Shown: positions 61,324-64,000 of the stretch, piece after piece
Position numbering within the stretch: the first letter of the stretch is position 1
Layout: each line of letters opens with the position of its first letter
Origin: Eledone cirrhosa
Taxonomy: Eukaryota
DNA: 64,000 bases
Assembly (NCBI GenBank): GCA_964016885.1
Contig: CAXHJY010000304.1
Location: 62,001 to 126,000 of the forward strand
Direction of reading: 5' to 3'
Position numbers and translations under genes: made by a program
Notes under the pieces: model-generated
Told to the model about the DNA's origin: nothing
What the model saw: only the letters and a program-made list of their open reading frames with translations
The model's database searches: none

Positions 61324-61510
61324 TGTTTCTACTTTTGGCACACGGCCAGCAATTATCCCAGTGCATTACTGGTACTTTATTTTATCGACCCCGGAAGGAT
61401 GAAAGGCAAAGTTAACCTCGGCGGGATTTGAACTCAGACCATAAAGGGGCGTAACTCTTTGCTGCAAAGCATGCCGTGCGACCCTCTACCGATACTGCCA
61501 ATCCACCGCC
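61324..61510 (-). mobile_element. Young family-1 SINE with an 18-bp TSD, inserted in the PLE 3' region
   Basis: GAGACACGTATCAATAAT at 61306-61323 and 61511-61528. Confidence 0.9.
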
Positions 61511-63216
61511 GAGACACGTATCAATAATGTGTGAAAAATAATGATCATATGTCTAGTTTAAAATTCCTAGGTTTATATTAGAGTTGAGATAAAATAGAAG
61601 GTTATCCCAGATTTTATACTATATACATCCATGTGAATTTACGTGATCAGCTCTGCAAATTCCTGTTTCACACGAAAACATTCTCGTTGTGCTATAAAAA
61701 TTCTAGTATAGATATATGTGTACATACACACAAATATATATAGAGTCTACATTAATTTTAACAATACTATTCATGTCTTTACTCTACATGATTATCGTTC
61801 AAGCATAAATAGAGAACAGATATCAATATATCAATAAAAATAAAAATAAAAATATCAGAAACAAAAAATAAATAAAAAACAAAAAAAAAATCAAAAAATA
61901 TTAAAAATAAAAATATTAAAAATATTAAAAATATTAAAATAAAAATAAAACATAGTATGCCACGCAAATCAACCACAGAGATCAACCCTTCAAAGTTAAT
62001 TGACAATATATTGCCAAGTTCGTTATAAGCATCAGAATCAAAAGCAAACAAAACCAAAAATTATTTACCAAATCCTGTCTAGCAGAAAACATTCCAAAAG
62101 TTTAGGATACCCATTTGATCTACAGATGGTCTTATATTTAATATAGAAGTTTATCTAGTGTAAAATTTATTCGATATATTTGGAGCATCAGCTTTTAGGG
62201 TAGTTTAATTATTCATGAAGAATGTTTAAAATAAAAAGGAATCGAAAGATTTATCGGCGAGTTCCATAAATAATTATAAATCAAATTAAATATACTACAT
62301 TTTAAATTTATATTTATATTTAAAAGTTGAGTTCAATCTATGTCTGCAGCAACTGAATAAATTTGTCCGTAAATTAAGGGAATTTTTAGATTTTAGTATA
62401 AAGAATATCTCCTCCGCGCAGAGGTCACATGTCTCAGAGGATGAATTAAAAGGAATCCCTCTTGAGACTATATTCCAAGCCGTTGAATATCCAACGTTAT
62501 CATACCTAAGCCTGATAGTGATGTTGAGGATTTTTTGCTTGGATCTGTGAAAGAATTCTTGTGGTTATTATAGCGAAGTTTAAATTCTGTCGAGGTGGAA
62601 CCAACATAGTTAAAAGAATTTAAGTCCGTTTTAACATTACAGTTGTATATTATATTTTTAACTAAGCAATTGTTATTTAACGGACATTTAGATCTATCTC
62701 TACAGTTACATTTGTTAACTTGGATATTATTTATGCTATTATCGGTATTTTGGCTAGGTTTTAAATTCCTATTATTTATTCTATTAATATTTTGTGCTAA
62801 ATTTTTGGTGGATGAGTAGGTTAATTTTATAGTATGTCTATTGAAAATTGAGTGATACCTATGTGTTCTAGGGAAGCGATTATCAAGAGCATTAAAAAAT
62901 AGTTTAGCGATGTGGGTTTTAATGTTTAGTGAGAAAGGGGGGGCAAACCATATTATATTCCTAGTTCTATTTCTTTTTTGGCTTTTGGAATTATTGTAAT
63001 GCTTTCTATTATAGTTGTTAAAGTTGTTGCCGTAATTAAAATTGTTGTTATTTTGGTTAGTTTGTCTATTATTATCTATGTACATAATTGTATCACTATA
63101 TCCTGCTCTAGCTAACGCTTCATTGTAATACTGGGCTTTTTCGTCGAAAATCTTTTTATTAGATGAGATTCTAGAGATACGATTTTGAACAGAGTTTACT
63201 ATAGTATTTTTAACAG

Positions 63217-64000
63217 ATCTAATAAAAAGATTTTCGACGAAAAGGCCCAGTATTACAATGAAGCGTTAGCTAGAGCAGGATATAGTGATACAATTATGTA
63301 CATAGATAATAATAGACAAACTAACCAAAATAACAACAATTTTAATTACGGCAACAACTTTAACAACTATAATAGAAAGCATTACAATAATTCCAAAAGC
63401 CAAAAAAGAAATAGAACTAGGAATATAATATGGTTTGCCCCCCCTTTCTCACTAAACATTAAAACCCACATCGCTAAACTATTTTTTAATGCTCTTGATA
63501 ATCGCTTCCCTAGAACACATAGGTATCACTCAATTTTCAATAGACATACTATAAAATTAACCTACTCATCCACCAAAAATTTAGCACAAAATATTAATAG
63601 AATAAATAATAGGAATTTAAAACCTAGCCAAAATACCGATAATAGCATAAATAATATCCAAGTTAACAAATGTAACTGTAGAGATAGATCTAAATGTCCG
63701 TTAAATAACAATTGCTTAGTTAAAAATATAATATACAACTGTAATGTTAAAACGGACTTAAATTCTTTTAACTATGTTGGTTCCACCTCGACAGAATTTA
63801 AACTTCGCTATAATAACCACAAGAATTCTTTCACAGATCCAAGCAAAAAATCCTCAACATCACTATCAGGCTTAGGCATGATAACGTTGGATATTCAACG
63901 GCTTGGAATATAGTCTCAAGAGGGATTCCTTTTAATTCATCCTCTGAGACATGTGACCTCTGCGCGGAGGAGATATTCTTTATACTAAAATCTAAAAATT
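63217..64000 (+). mobile_element. Inverted near-identical copy of the same PLE segment (continues past the window)
   Basis: Reverse complement of 62381-63164; same protein sequence and same frameshift. Confidence 0.9.

Larger units (their letters stand above)
60530..63216 (-). mobile_element. 5'-truncated Naiad-type PLE (RT thumb, GIY-YIG, 3' region with hammerhead)
   Basis: RNIIWFAPPFS, IFNRHTIKLTYS, CNCRDRSKCPLNNNC, NIIY...YVG, FKLRYNNH; after a frameshift CDLCAEE...LN.R...SCCRH; left boundary approximate. Confidence 0.82.

Overview
AT-rich, microsatellite-laden eukaryotic DNA, most likely from an invertebrate; the repeat repertoire suggests a cephalopod such as octopus, but that is inference. 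One host gene is supported: a two-coding-exon CABIT-domain adaptor (THEMIS/GAREM/Serrano-like, about 619 aa) split by a 30.7-kb intron (exons 17122-17631 and 48329-49678). Most of the rest is mobile DNA. RTE-clade LINEs of three subfamilies are present, including one full-length intact copy with an 8-bp TSD nested in a Tx1 LINE, and every copy that spans the region carries a PHD finger inserted inside the RT domain. Other elements are Tx1/L1-clade LINEs, CRE-like restriction-like-endonuclease fragments, a CR1 3' end, two Naiad-type Penelope-like elements (PLEs), tRNA-derived SINEs, a DD37D maT transposon, piggyBac/mariner MITEs, non-autonomous Helitrons and two large minisatellites. Less obvious: five type I hammerhead-ribozyme motifs (two convergent within 200 bp, two sense to the host pre-mRNA), a fold-back half-hammerhead, and three unrelated units that share the same offset head-to-head inversion geometry (two also tandemly permuted). 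These suggest a family of small non-coding passengers mobilised by PLE machinery, one of which carries a tRNA-like Pol III unit. All calls were made by eye and element boundaries are approximate unless TSDs or TIRs are cited.
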